Shown piece after piece: positions 27,211 through 35,778 of a stretch of 64,000 nt of DNA. Source of the stretch: a virus. The notes under the pieces are model-generated. The model did no database searches. It saw only the letters and a list, made by a program, of their open reading frames with translations, and was not told the origin of the DNA. The translations under genes and the position numbers were made by a program. The DNA is taken from IMG/VR virus record IMGVR_UViG_3300048837_000984, positions 32,001 to 96,000 of that record; one strand, written 5' to 3'. Position 1 is the stretch's first letter. Each line of letters starts with the position of its first letter.

Positions 27211-27537
27211 TCAAGTCCGCCACTGGTATTTCTTCTGCAGTTCCTCGGCCTTGTCAGGGTCAGCGATTGTTGCTCTGCGGGCCTGCAACTCTTCGACCGT
27301 CCCACCCAACTGCTCCCAGATAAAGTTGAGGCAGCAGATGACAGCGTCGCTGGTGAGGCTACAGAAGACACAGTCATCAATCAAGCCGAGAAGCGGATCC
27401 TTGACTTCGTCGTTAGCTTTACCAAGAAACTCTCTGAGACGATCCTTTACCTGGGGGTCAACTTCCCGGTCGTTCCCACCGCAGATCAGATTGAACAGTT
27501 GGTCACGAGATTCAATGGAGAAAACCTCATCGCTCAT
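27211..27537 (-). CDS. Hypothetical protein (108 aa), first ordinary gene downstream of the mini-gene array
   Basis: ATGA overlap with the last array member; acidic, unlike array peptides. Confidence 0.75.
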   Translation of the reverse strand: MSDEVFSIESRDQLFNLICGGNDREVDPQVKDRLREFLGKANDEVKDPLLGLIDDCVFCSLTSDAVICCLNFIWEQLGGTVEELQARRATIADPDKAEELQKKYQWRT

Positions 27538-27767
27538 CTGTAGTACCTCTGAAGTAACCTGGAGCCACGAGGACGACCAGCAAGGATAGGCCCCTGGCAG
27601 AAAAGGTAGCCATGTCGAAGCCAGGCATGCGAGTTTCCCATTTGTCTTGCCCGGTTAAGATAGGCCGCGAGGCCCGCAGAATACCGTCTATAGACAAAAA
27701 CAGAACCGTTGCGGAGTAAGTGTCGATAATGTCCTACGCCATGAAGAAGTGCAGCTACGCACAGCAT
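27534..27767 (-). CDS. AxL mini-protein 65
   Basis: MLCVAALL; GAGG SD. Confidence 0.6.
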   Translation of the reverse strand: MLCVAALLHGVGHYRHLLRNGSVFVYRRYSAGLAAYLNRARQMGNSHAWLRHGYLFCQGPILAGRPRGSRLLQRYYR

Positions 27768-27771
27768 TGAA

Positions 27772-27990
27772 TCAACCTCGCTGATGTAGGTGAGACCGAC
27801 TACGCCAGAGTAGCCGTGCTTCTTGCCCGATAAGCTGGTGCGGCGACCGGATCTTGCAGCTCGACAGACGGGAAAGAGTAGCGCGCCGATGCCACGGCCA
27901 TGCGCCACCTCCAGAAGCTAGACAGGCAGCAGCCAGGCAGAAAACAAATGCTGTTGGCTCACCGTGATAAAGGTTTGCGGCATAGCTCAA
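27772..27990 (-). CDS. AxL mini-protein 64
   Basis: MSYAANL; overlap. Confidence 0.65.
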   Translation of the reverse strand: MSYAANLYHGEPTAFVFCLAAACLASGGGAWPWHRRATLSRLSSCKIRSPHQLIGQEARLLWRSRSHLHQRG

Positions 27991-28241
27991 TCTTCTTTCC
28001 TTCCTGGTGAAAGCCAGGCCTGAGAAAGGCCTTGGTGCGTGGCGACACGATTGTACCCATGACCTTGGCGGAGTCCACTATCCGAAGCAATGAACCGCAA
28101 ACCCGAAAACAGTCGCAAGTTAGCTGCGCATTGCAGCACCTGAATTCCGTAGACCTCACGCGGTAAGACTGTGTTGGCATGCCAGCGCGACCAGCCGTAC
28201 CTAAAGTTGGTATAACTTGTAAGTGCCGCTCGACAGTTCAA
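27987..28241 (-). CDS. AxL mini-protein 63
   Basis: MNCRAAL (TTG); AGGAG SD; ends AWLSPGRKED. Confidence 0.65.
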   Translation of the reverse strand: MNCRAALTSYTNFRYGWSRWHANTVLPREVYGIQVLQCAANLRLFSGLRFIASDSGLRQGHGYNRVATHQGLSQAWLSPGRKED

Positions 28242-28477
28242 TTCCATCTCCTTTGACAAAGCTTCGCGCAGTCACACGACATGGCCGCGGACGCATACAC
28301 TGAGGACCTTTTGCCAGTCCGAAGCCAGCAACACTGGTCGTAAGTCTTGTCGCACGCAGGCGTGAAAAAGGCCTGCGATAGCCAGCCCCACCACGAACGG
28401 GACGGCAGTAGGCGGGCTGACGTAGACTTGAAATATACTTCGGATTGATGTCGACACAGGGACGCCCGACTGAGCAT
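28238..28477 (-). CDS. AxL mini-protein 62
   Basis: MLSRASL; overlap. Confidence 0.65.
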   Translation of the reverse strand: MLSRASLCRHQSEVYFKSTSARLLPSRSWWGWLSQAFFTPACDKTYDQCCWLRTGKRSSVYASAAMSCDCAKLCQRRWN

Positions 28478-28686
28478 TATCTTTCTCCCGGACTAAGACC
28501 AGCTCGCCCGGTAGGACCGAAAGCCTGACTAAAGGCGTTCGCGTCTTCGCCCGCTCCGAGCCACCCGTAGGGGTAAAAGTTGCCGACCATCGCTCTGATA
28601 AGGAAATAAGGAAGACCATTCCGAATTGTCGCGAAAGAGAACCAGTTGTAGCCGGGACAGTGGTGCAATATCGCACTCCAGCTCAT
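28477..28686 (-). CDS. AxL mini-protein 61
   Basis: MSWSAIL; ends AGLSPGER. Confidence 0.65.
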   Translation of the reverse strand: MSWSAILHHCPGYNWFSFATIRNGLPYFLIRAMVGNFYPYGWLGAGEDANAFSQAFGPTGRAGLSPGER

Positions 28687-28943
28687 GCGTATCTCCCTGG
28701 TGAAAGTAAAGCCCGGCGACTTTGCATGTAGGCACCGGCCATAGGTATTGCAAGTTTACCGCGCATGCGGAGCCGACTACCTGAAATGGAAAACCGTACG
28801 TACGGGTGCTGAAGAATAACGGCTTCCTGTGGAAACCACGAAGTGGACTTAGTGACGTAGACCTTGGCCGTCGCTAGATCTAGACGAATTCGCCCAGGTT
28901 CCCTCGGACAATGCCATAAGGCCGCTGTGCTCCTTGGCCTCAT
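28683..28943 (-). CDS. AxL mini-protein 60
   Basis: MRPRSTAAL; ends ALLSPGRYA. Confidence 0.65.
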   Translation of the reverse strand: MRPRSTAALWHCPREPGRIRLDLATAKVYVTKSTSWFPQEAVILQHPYVRFSISGSRLRMRGKLAIPMAGAYMQSRRALLSPGRYA

Positions 28944-29191
28944 CTTTTCCTCCCGGGTCGGAGAAGAGCTCGTGAAGTGCGAAACATGGCCGCGCCCGAT
29001 GACGAATCTCCCGACCACAGCCAGGGTAGCTGGCCGACTCGGATACCTGTCGGTTCGTAACACAAGTAAGCCTGGAAACATTCGACATCAAAGAAGAGAT
29101 CGATTGGTCCGGTCATTACAGCTGCATAACCGCAACCAAAATACCAGTTATCGGCATCTCTCGACATTCGCAACGTAGCTGAGGAATACAA
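28940..29191 (-). CDS. AxL mini-protein 59
   Basis: MYSSATL (TTG); GGAGG SD; ends ALLRPGRKR. Confidence 0.65.
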   Translation of the reverse strand: MYSSATLRMSRDADNWYFGCGYAAVMTGPIDLFFDVECFQAYLCYEPTGIRVGQLPWLWSGDSSSGAAMFRTSRALLRPGRKR

Positions 29192-29192
29192 C

Positions 29193-29411
29193 TTACACCT
29201 CCCACCGTTGCTGACTCAGTGCGGCTTGACATTTCCCGAGGCGGAAAGCACCCGCCCACGCCGTTGGACCTTGGCCTAGAAGACTTCGGCAGAACCGGTG
29301 AAGAACGGCACCTGGTTGCCAACGGAACCGGGTGCTAGGAATCATTGCCGCGAATCTGACGTGATAGACGTATAGGCTGTAACAGTAGCGGATAGCTGCT
29401 CGACATCTCAT
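29193..29411 (-). CDS. AxL mini-protein 58
   Basis: MRCRAAI. Confidence 0.65.
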   Translation of the reverse strand: MRCRAAIRYCYSLYVYHVRFAAMIPSTRFRWQPGAVLHRFCRSLLGQGPTAWAGAFRLGKCQAALSQQRWEV

Positions 29412-29416
29412 TTCGT

Positions 29417-29635
29417 TCAGTCCTGACCAAGATAGGCGCTGATGTTCCAACCGAGCCAGGCACGGTTGGGTACGCGGCTGAAATACTCAGCGCCACCAAA
29501 CAAGATTGCATCAGACAGGCCTTGAAGCGACGGACGAGCTCGCGGTGGATGTCTACCCTGGCGCAGACTCGCACGAAACCGCGAGCAATAGTAAGAGCGA
29601 CCTGAATGAACTCTCAAGAAAGCACGGTCATTCAC
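29417..29635 (-). CDS. AxL mini-protein 57
   Basis: MNDRAFL (GTG); GTGA overlap. Confidence 0.65.
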   Translation of the reverse strand: MNDRAFLRVHSGRSYYCSRFRASLRQGRHPPRARPSLQGLSDAILFGGAEYFSRVPNRAWLGWNISAYLGQD

Positions 29636-29874
29636 GCAAACCACCTCCAAGGACCCAGGGTCGCATCGCTTCGCCCACAAAGACTTGCCACCAAAAAGAT
29701 CGAAACGACTCGGCCAGGATCTTTTGCGTGTAGCAAGCGAGCACCGCCAAATGACCCAGCCGTACAGGCTCTGGCGAATAGCGCCAAGCGACCGGACCCG
29801 GCGATGGTCGCATTGTAGGTACAAAGGTGCCATGCCGTGCGGTTCCGACAACAGAGAATAGCTCTACACGGCAT
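29632..29874 (-). CDS. AxL mini-protein 56
   Basis: MPCRAIL. Confidence 0.65.
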   Translation of the reverse strand: MPCRAILCCRNRTAWHLCTYNATIAGSGRLALFARACTAGSFGGARLLHAKDPGRVVSIFLVASLCGRSDATLGPWRWFA

Positions 29875-29875
29875 A

Positions 29876-30100
29876 TCACGGTCTCCCAGCTGAAAGCCAA
29901 GCACCACTAACCAGGCTCAGGTAGGCTTGAGGTTCATCCCAGTCGACATGCGGAAGCCCGGCCCGGCTGTTCTCTGCCCAACCCAACCAGGCCCGGCAGC
30001 ACCAGAGTTGGCCAGTCGTAAACCCCAGTACAGCCGTATACCGAGTGTGACCGTTCCGTGAGGTAGTTGTAGGGTAGTGGATCTTTGCGTCGCACGACAA
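29876..30100 (-). CDS. AxL mini-protein 55
   Basis: MSCDAKI (TTG); GGAGGAG SD. Confidence 0.65.
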   Translation of the reverse strand: MSCDAKIHYPTTTSRNGHTRYTAVLGFTTGQLWCCRAWLGWAENSRAGLPHVDWDEPQAYLSLVSGAWLSAGRP

Positions 30101-30101
30101 G

Positions 30102-30347
30102 CTAGTACTCCTCCTCGTGTTGGAACAGACCGGGCTTAAGGACCGCTCGGTCAAGTGTAGAAAGTGGCGCAGAGTCGTAACCATGCCCGCCGTGGGTGGC
30201 ACTGGCGGTGAGATGCCCGTTGAGTCGGGCTGGTATCCCCCATTGCCATCTCCAGGTAGGACCAGACGCAGGTTCAGTCAGGCAGGCCCACGAGAACGGA
30301 TAGTACGTCCCGAAGAGGGAACCAGATAGACTCGCTTTACAGTACAT
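30102..30347 (-). CDS. AxL mini-protein 54
   Basis: MYCKASL. Confidence 0.65.
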   Translation of the reverse strand: MYCKASLSGSLFGTYYPFSWACLTEPASGPTWRWQWGIPARLNGHLTASATHGGHGYDSAPLSTLDRAVLKPGLFQHEEEY

Positions 30348-30588
30348 CTGAGTCTTCGTCTCCTGGCGGGAACTGGTGAAGACAGGCACCGAGCCTGGCG
30401 TCTAGAGAAGCGCCCGTATTCTGAAAGTCCGTAGGAAAGAGGATAGCCCCTCTGTCAGCAAAGTACCTGGCCGCAAGTGATGCCGAGGTGCCGCAGAACC
30501 CGCAACCGCACGTGTTCATCGCCGCTCGGTCACGGGTCTGTGGGTAGTCATCAAGACTGCGAAATGTTATACCAGCTGTGCTGTTCAT
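30337..30588 (-). CDS. AxL mini-protein 53
   Basis: MNSTAGI; ATGA overlap. Confidence 0.65.
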   Translation of the reverse strand: MNSTAGITFRSLDDYPQTRDRAAMNTCGCGFCGTSASLAARYFADRGAILFPTDFQNTGASLDARLGACLHQFPPGDEDSDVL

Positions 30589-30800
30589 TGGTGCCTCAGA
30601 ATAGCGCCATACCTGCCTGAAAGGTACGGCCGATCAGTGATTGCGAGCGAAGCAGAACAGGAAAGCCCGCGGACTCGACCGAAGGTTAACCACGCTTGAC
30701 AACCCCAGTACAAGCCTCGTACAAGACCAAGCACTGCGGTGAACCGAGTACGGTAGTAACAGCGTGCTCGTTGGTAGTTAAGCGAAGCTCGGTTGTTCAT
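30585..30800 (-). CDS. AxL mini-protein 52
   Basis: MNNRASL; ends GAILRHQ. Confidence 0.65.
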   Translation of the reverse strand: MNNRASLNYQRARCYYRTRFTAVLGLVRGLYWGCQAWLTFGRVRGLSCSASLAITDRPYLSGRYGAILRHQ

Positions 30801-30810
30801 CTTCAATACC

Positions 30811-31014
30811 TCATTGATGTCGAAGGATAGCCCAACAATTGTACAATGCAACCGCACCGGAATAGCGGGCTAGAATCGCATTCGCTTTATCGCGTAGAAC
30901 CGCCTGGTGATGGTAACTCGCCGGACGGCTGCCCACCATCAAATAGGCGCTTACAGCTGAGACGTATATACTTGTTTGCGGAAAAAAGACAAAAAGGTTT
31001 GCTCGGCTTCCCAT
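30811..31014 (-). CDS. AxL mini-protein 51
   Basis: MGSRANL; ends WAILRHQ. Confidence 0.65.
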   Translation of the reverse strand: MGSRANLFVFFPQTSIYVSAVSAYLMVGSRPASYHHQAVLRDKANAILARYSGAVALYNCWAILRHQ

Positions 31015-31017
31015 TGG

Positions 31018-31233
31018 TCACCAGTGGTAGAGGATAGCTCCGACATCGCAAGAACCCAGACGCGCATTTTTGTTGTATCGGTACTGATATCCAAGAAGGT
31101 ACCCGCCACACCTGTCACTAAGAAACGGAGTGACGCCGTATCTGTCTCCAGCCGAGTACGTCAGACAAGCCCAGGAAAACGCATAGAATGGGTTGTAGAA
31201 TCGATAACAAGTCAGACCTGCTCGGCAACTCAT
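31018..31233 (-). CDS. AxL mini-protein 50
   Basis: MSCRAGL; ATGA overlap. Confidence 0.65.
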   Translation of the reverse strand: MSCRAGLTCYRFYNPFYAFSWACLTYSAGDRYGVTPFLSDRCGGYLLGYQYRYNKNARLGSCDVGAILYHW

Positions 31234-31460
31234 TCGCCATCTCCGTGCCTGAGAAAAGTTCGGTGTAACCGAAACAGAGCCGCGCCACCGCAGCAAGAAC
31301 CAGCATAGGCACCGGAACGCTTGTGCGTAGTATTCGGTCTAAGACCGGCTCGGGTCCCACAACAACCGCAGTTACAACTCGCACTGAGAGCCGCTCGTCT
31401 TCGAAACCGTTCGGCGCCGTTGCGGGCCGTGACAACCAGCGTCGCGGAACAGCTAATCAT
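31230..31460 (-). CDS. AxL mini-protein 49
   Basis: MISCSATL; AGGAG SD. Confidence 0.65.
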   Translation of the reverse strand: MISCSATLVVTARNGAERFRRRAALSASCNCGCCGTRAGLRPNTTHKRSGAYAGSCCGGAALFRLHRTFLRHGDGE

Positions 31461-31471
31461 CGTTTCTCCTG

Positions 31472-31693
31472 TCAGACGTTCGAGAAAGGCCCACCAGGTA
31501 TTTGCCACCGGAACGGACCGGTCTTGAGTGTACATCGACAATGCTGGTCAAGGACTGCGTTGGCATATCTGCGGTAGTGTGCGAACGCTCGCCTGTCAAG
31601 GATACACAGCGCTGACCCATCGAGATAGGCCTTGGCGGGAAACCCGAAGAAAACTGGGTTACGTGGACTGGTTATGATAGCCGCTGTAAACAA
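31472..31693 (-). CDS. AxL mini-protein 48
   Basis: MFTAAII (TTG); AGGAG SD. Confidence 0.6.
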   Translation of the reverse strand: MFTAAIITSPRNPVFFGFPAKAYLDGSALCILDRRAFAHYRRYANAVLDQHCRCTLKTGPFRWQIPGGPFSNV

Positions 31694-31703
31694 GAAGCGT
31701 CTC

Positions 31704-31907
31704 CTAGTGTTCAAGGTCTGCAACCGACCGGTTGCGAATTAACGCAGCGGAACTTTGTGAATAGTAATTGCCTGGATACAGAGCACACCGGTTGCTCCAC
31801 CCAAGGACCGCAGAAGCCAACTTCCGGTCAAGAAAAGCTCGAGCACTCACCCGTAAACGAAAGATACGCCAAGTGATTAAAACGTTTCCATGGATAGCGC
31901 GAAACAC
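31704..31907 (-). CDS. AxL mini-protein 47
   Basis: MFRAIH (GTG); AGGAG SD. Confidence 0.6.
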   Translation of the reverse strand: MFRAIHGNVLITWRIFRLRVSARAFLDRKLASAVLGWSNRCALYPGNYYSQSSAALIRNRSVADLEH

Positions 31908-31929
31908 AGGTATCTCCTTTATCACGATC

Positions 31930-32154
31930 TCAAAACCACGGGAAAAGCTCAGCGCCTTCGAGTAGGACGTCTAGCGACCATATCTCTGCGTGACACAGCC
32001 AGTAAGGACCCTGGTACAACCGGGCAGCTTCTTGACGACCTATATAGGCAGCGAAATCTCCGTGAAATAAGAAAGCCGCGCCGCACCTTTTCAAGCTGGC
32101 TGAAAACAATCGCGCGGAAAACACGCCACCTGAAGAAAGAATCGCGCCTTTCAT
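31930..32154 (-). CDS. AxL mini-protein 46
   Basis: MKGAIL; GGAGG SD. Confidence 0.7.
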   Translation of the reverse strand: MKGAILSSGGVFSARLFSASLKRCGAAFLFHGDFAAYIGRQEAARLYQGPYWLCHAEIWSLDVLLEGAELFPWF

Positions 32155-32186
32155 GATTCCTCCGTGTGTGCCGGCATAGCTGCTCC

Positions 32187-32381
32187 CTAAAAAAGGTACG
32201 CATACCGGGAGTATCCGAGAACAGCTCCAGTAGAAAAAAAGCTGGGGGAGTCAAGCCTGGCAGCAGGCGGGTTTCGGTTAGTTATGGATCCGGACCGGTC
32301 ATTGAGCACAGCTCTGTCTTGACGAACAACAATTCTCAGGTCGGCGAATCGCGCATACGGAAAGGTCAAGGAAGCTGGCAT
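32187..32381 (-). CDS. AxL mini-protein 45
   Basis: MPASL. Confidence 0.65.
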   Translation of the reverse strand: MPASLTFPYARFADLRIVVRQDRAVLNDRSGSITNRNPPAARLDSPSFFSTGAVLGYSRYAYLF

Positions 32382-32384
32382 GTT

Positions 32385-32561
32385 TTACCCCTGCAGTAAA
32401 CGGGCTCTGCGGCCCTTGCGCAAGTCAGCGTCGGCCAAACCTTTCAACATTGCGTCGCTATACCACAGACACCAGGCCCAGCCGTGATAAGACAACCAGG
32501 CTCGAGAAGATAGCCATAGAGTGTTTGACCCGGGTACACAGACAACCAGGTATGCACTCAT
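32385..32561 (-). CDS. AxL mini-protein 44
   Basis: MSAYL; ATGA overlap. Confidence 0.65.
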   Translation of the reverse strand: MSAYLVVCVPGSNTLWLSSRAWLSYHGWAWCLWYSDAMLKGLADADLRKGRRARLLQG

Positions 32562-32737
32562 CTTCGCCTCCATTGACAGAGATGGGCTTGAAAGAGAAAG
32601 TCCAGCGACGCTCGCTCAGACGGCCACTCACCGAAAAATAGCCGGGCCTCCTGTCCGGACAGTGAGGAAGCCCGCCAACAAAAGCTTAGCTCGGCAAAAG
32701 AGCAGAACTGTCGATTGATCCTAAGGACTGCACTCAT
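32558..32737 (-). CDS. AxL mini-protein 43
   Basis: MSAVL...AHLCQWRRR; not in track. Confidence 0.65.
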   Translation of the reverse strand: MSAVLRINRQFCSFAELSFCWRASSLSGQEARLFFGEWPSERASLDFLFQAHLCQWRRR

Positions 32738-32913
32738 CTATGTGCTCCCGGCATGAGGTAGGCAGCTGAGATTTCTGAAAGACCGGCTCTAGCGTAGACT
32801 TGTCTGTGCCCACACCAAATCCAGGCGCGGCAGTCAAACAGGTGCGCGTAGCCCCGTCCAAGCAGGGAAGCGACGGAGTATCTAAAGTGACCGATTCTCA
32901 GTGTCGCTCGCAT
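32734..32913 (-). CDS. AxL mini-protein 42
   Basis: MRATL; TAATG overlap. Confidence 0.65.
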   Translation of the reverse strand: MRATLRIGHFRYSVASLLGRGYAHLFDCRAWIWCGHRQVYARAGLSEISAAYLMPGAHR

Positions 32914-33092
32914 TAGCGATTTCCTTGCTGTAGATAGGCCTGGGACAGCCACATAAGATGCGCCCGCGAAAAAAATTGATTGGGACCGAACCAGAGGTAC
33001 GGTACACAAAGCCGAGCATGTGCATGGTACCGCCCCCGCAAAAGTGGTCGGTCGGCCGCTGAGAATGGACTCACACGAAGTGTTGCACCCAT
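32913..33092 (-). CDS. AxL mini-protein 41
   Basis: MGATL; TAATG overlap. Confidence 0.65.
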   Translation of the reverse strand: MGATLRVSPFSAADRPLLRGRYHAHARLCVPYLWFGPNQFFSRAHLMWLSQAYLQQGNR

Positions 33093-33274
33093 TAGAACCT
33101 CCACTGGTGAAGAAACGCAGTAAAACCGCTCGACGTCTTTGCAAAACAGGTGAGCTGGCTACTGCGCCTACCAAACCGCAGCCACGGGCCGGACCAGTTC
33201 GAAAGGGTTGCACAAAATTCGTCTCGGTGACACGCCTCGGCCGCGTAACGTCGTCCGAAACAGAGAAAAGCCAT
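33092..33274 (-). CDS. AxL mini-protein 40
   Basis: MAFLCFG...AFLHQWRF. Confidence 0.7.
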   Translation of the reverse strand: MAFLCFGRRYAAEACHRDEFCATLSNWSGPWLRFGRRSSQLTCFAKTSSGFTAFLHQWRF

Positions 33275-33289
33275 CTAGCCACCTACTCC

Positions 33290-33457
33290 TTAAGAAAGAT
33301 GCGCACGATAAGAGTGCGAAGCCTCGGCATCGCAGCAGCACCGGATAGGTCCGTACCAGAGCCAGCCTCGGTCCCACCAAGGCATAAGTGCGCCACAAAA
33401 AGAACTGAGTCTGGCCTGAAACTGGTACCGGACGCCTGGCTTGAGTATTGCTTTCAT
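33290..33457 (-). CDS. AxL mini-protein 39
   Basis: MKAIL; ATGA overlap. Confidence 0.65.
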   Translation of the reverse strand: MKAILKPGVRYQFQARLSSFCGALMPWWDRGWLWYGPIRCCCDAEASHSYRAHLS

Positions 33458-33636
33458 CCGAACCTCCACTGGTGAAGGAAGGCGTCGCACTCCAAGCCGA
33501 GCACGGCGCGACAATATACGTGGCGAGTACGCGAACACAGGAAAGCGCCACTCAAGTCACGCAACGCCGCGTCGTTGAATCCGTCATGAGAAGCTTCGGC
33601 GAGATAGTTGTTTGGGCCAAAGAACAGAAACGCCAT
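33454..33636 (-). CDS. AxL mini-protein 38
   Basis: MAFLFFG...AFLHQWRFG. Confidence 0.7.
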   Translation of the reverse strand: MAFLFFGPNNYLAEASHDGFNDAALRDLSGAFLCSRTRHVYCRAVLGLECDAFLHQWRFG

Positions 33637-33658
33637 CGTTAGCTCCAGTTCTCTTGGT

Positions 33659-33862
33659 TTAGGTGGGAATGAAGGCAGCCCGTCGGTACCTCTGCTGCCG
33701 CATAACCGCGCTGTATCTTTTCTTCACCAGAGCGCGCTGACAAAGCTCGAAGCTGCCCGAAGATAGCCAGGCAAAACCGTTGCGCTGGGCAAAGGCATGC
33801 GCCTGGAAATTGAGATAGGCCCTCCCAAGAGGGCCAGCCACATTGCATAGATACGCGGACAT
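33659..33862 (-). CDS. AxL mini-protein 37
   Basis: MSAYL; GGAGG SD. Confidence 0.7.
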   Translation of the reverse strand: MSAYLCNVAGPLGRAYLNFQAHAFAQRNGFAWLSSGSFELCQRALVKKRYSAVMRQQRYRRAAFIPT

Positions 33863-33864
33863 AC

Positions 33865-34056
33865 CTATAACCTCCCGCGAACAAGTCTCGCAGCGCGGTT
33901 ACCACGCAAGATGCTACCACGCATGACGACACGGAACGAAACCCACGCAGCTGGGGTTCTTAGCCCCAGTCTGGCAGCGTAGTCGAGACCGATGTGAGCC
34001 CGAGCACGAAACGACGGAAAACCGGAGCGCCAGTAAACGAGAAAGGCGTTATCCAC
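33865..34056 (-). CDS. AxL mini-protein 36
   Basis: MDNAFL (GTG). Confidence 0.6.
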   Translation of the reverse strand: MDNAFLVYWRSGFPSFRARAHIGLDYAARLGLRTPAAWVSFRVVMRGSILRGNRAARLVRGRL

Positions 34057-34264
34057 AATAGGACCCCCACTGTAACAAGTATGGGATGGCCGTGTGACCA
34101 ACCCAGGCCCGTGAGAGATGGATACGCCCGGACTGGAGCCAGGCAGACCTGTGTTGGTCCAGCCTGGCTCCGCAGCCCTGGTAGTAGCTTGAACCGAGAA
34201 CCGCGTGGTGCTGGGAAGAGATGTCCCAGTCGCTGTTGAAGATCGTTAAGACAGCTCCGTGCAT
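34049..34264 (-). CDS. AxL mini-protein 35
   Basis: MHGAVL. Confidence 0.65.
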   Translation of the reverse strand: MHGAVLTIFNSDWDISSQHHAVLGSSYYQGCGARLDQHRSAWLQSGRIHLSRAWVGHTAIPYLLQWGSYCG

Positions 34265-34470
34265 AAAGTCATCCCCTGGTCAAGAAGTGCGACTGCCGAG
34301 TCGCCCAGATACGCTGCATAGAGCAGCCACGGGTATGCGCCGCACATGAAGGCCACACTGTCCCCATCGTGGAGGGCGCGGCAACAACCACCGAGGACGG
34401 CACCAGAGCCTTCCATGTCGTAGCGAAAAACGCCAGCGTAGCCGGAATAAGAAATAATGGCACCGGACAT
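34246..34470 (-). CDS. AxL mini-protein 34
   Basis: MSGAII; TGATG overlap. Confidence 0.65.
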   Translation of the reverse strand: MSGAIISYSGYAGVFRYDMEGSGAVLGGCCRALHDGDSVAFMCGAYPWLLYAAYLGDSAVALLDQGMTLCTELS

Positions 34471-34682
34471 CAGAACAGCCTCCGCCTATGCCGAAGAATC
34501 GCCTGAGAGGCGTAGTTAGATATCGCTTGGCAACTAGGCAAGCCATACTTACCCGACCCAAGGAAGGCCTTGTTTCTGTACAGCGTTGTGTAGCGGCTGC
34601 GTGACAAACAAGCCCACGCCGAACGGTCATGAAACAGGAACGGGTAGTTGAACCTCTGATAGACAAGAAAAGCCCGACGCAT
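34470..34682 (-). CDS. AxL mini-protein 33
   Basis: MRRAFL. Confidence 0.65.
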   Translation of the reverse strand: MRRAFLVYQRFNYPFLFHDRSAWACLSRSRYTTLYRNKAFLGSGKYGLPSCQAISNYASQAILRHRRRLF

Positions 34683-34684
34683 TG

Positions 34685-34897
34685 TTAGTACCTCACCAGG
34701 AAAGCGCCCGGCCTTTTGTCGTCCAGGTTAGCTGCGGCGACTCTTTTTACCCAGCCGAAAGACATAACACAGCCGTGGACGTACCACAACCTGTTGAGGG
34801 AAGCTCCGACAATGGTAAGATTTGAAAGGACCGGTCGACTAGGTCCGTAAATAATCAGGCCAGTAAAACCGAGACTTGCAGTATTGTTTCTAACCAA
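34685..34897 (-). CDS. AxL mini-protein 32
   Basis: MVRNNTASL. Confidence 0.6.
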   Translation of the reverse strand: MVRNNTASLGFTGLIIYGPSRPVLSNLTIVGASLNRLWYVHGCVMSFGWVKRVAAANLDDKRPGAFLVRY

Positions 34898-35102
34898 GCC
34901 TGGCTCCAGGAAAGGTGTTTAGGGCTGCGCGAGACATGTAGCCGACTTTCCCCACCGGTCGGCGAATGTTGGCCTTTGCATCAACCCACGTGGGTCGTAG
35001 CGCAGCCTCAGTATTGACAGTGCGCGTCATGGCACGACTGCGATCAAAGTAGCGTGACCAGTTGAAGTAGCTTTGCCAAAGGTTGGCACAACACAATCCC
35101 AT
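34890..35102 (-). CDS. AxL mini-protein 31
   Basis: MGLCCANL; AGGAG SD. Confidence 0.65.
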   Translation of the reverse strand: MGLCCANLWQSYFNWSRYFDRSRAMTRTVNTEAALRPTWVDAKANIRRPVGKVGYMSRAALNTFPGARLG

Positions 35103-35110
35103 GGACTCTC

Positions 35111-35305
35111 CTAGAAACGGAGGTTTGCGCAGGAAATATCAAACAGGGCGGCACCGTAGACGGAGTAGAGACCCTGGAACAGGCTGCTACTTAGCTGGAG
35201 GTGACCCTGGTGCAAACCTGCCAAGTCACAATACCGTCGAAGAATGGCGGAACTACAGATTCTACGTAAGGTGCCTGGGTAGTAAATGATTGCTGAGTGA
35301 CTCAT
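35111..35305 (-). CDS. AxL mini-protein 30
   Basis: MSHSAII; ATGA overlap. Confidence 0.65.
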   Translation of the reverse strand: MSHSAIIYYPGTLRRICSSAILRRYCDLAGLHQGHLQLSSSLFQGLYSVYGAALFDISCANLRF

Positions 35306-35520
35306 CTAGGACAGATCCTCGCGCTTACAATCCACAAACCGTTAAGTCCGGTTGTGAATTTTGGAACATGGATGGCGCTGTTTACGGCCGGACCCTGGTA
35401 CAGGATCGCTCTCCTGAGACCGGGCCACGGCGTACGGGAATGGCGGTACAGCCGAGCGTCACAGCTCAGCTGCGTGTAATTCCCCCATCGGACTTCTCTG
35501 GTCAGGTAGGCTTTACTCAT
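35302..35520 (-). CDS. AxL mini-protein 29
   Basis: MSKAYL. Confidence 0.65.
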   Translation of the reverse strand: MSKAYLTREVRWGNYTQLSCDARLYRHSRTPWPGLRRAILYQGPAVNSAIHVPKFTTGLNGLWIVSARICPR

Positions 35521-35522
35521 TT

Positions 35523-35591
35523 TCACCCCAGGTTTGTGCGAGCCTGCCTTACTAAGTAAGAAACTCGCACAGCCAAGTACGCGTTGTTCAT
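35523..35591 (-). CDS. AxL mini-protein 28 (22 aa, truncated)
   Basis: MNNAYL; ATGA overlap. Confidence 0.5.
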   Translation of the reverse strand: MNNAYLAVRVSYLVRQARTNLG

Positions 35592-35764
35592 TGTTGTCTG
35601 AGTTTCGCCTCATGTGAGTAGCGCGGAAAAACGCCCGTTATTGACCTAATAGCGCCACGCCGTCCGGCCGAAAGGAAACTTCGACACAATTGCCAGTGAA
35701 AGGCTGCGCCGAAACCACTCAGAAAGGCTCGCGAGTACGGAATATATCGCAACGTTGCAGCCAC
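35588..35764 (-). CDS. AxL mini-protein 27
   Basis: MAATL (GTG); AGGAG SD; not in track. Confidence 0.65.
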   Translation of the reverse strand: MAATLRYIPYSRAFLSGFGAAFHWQLCRSFLSAGRRGAIRSITGVFPRYSHEAKLRQQ

Positions 35765-35778
35765 AGAAACTCCTACTG

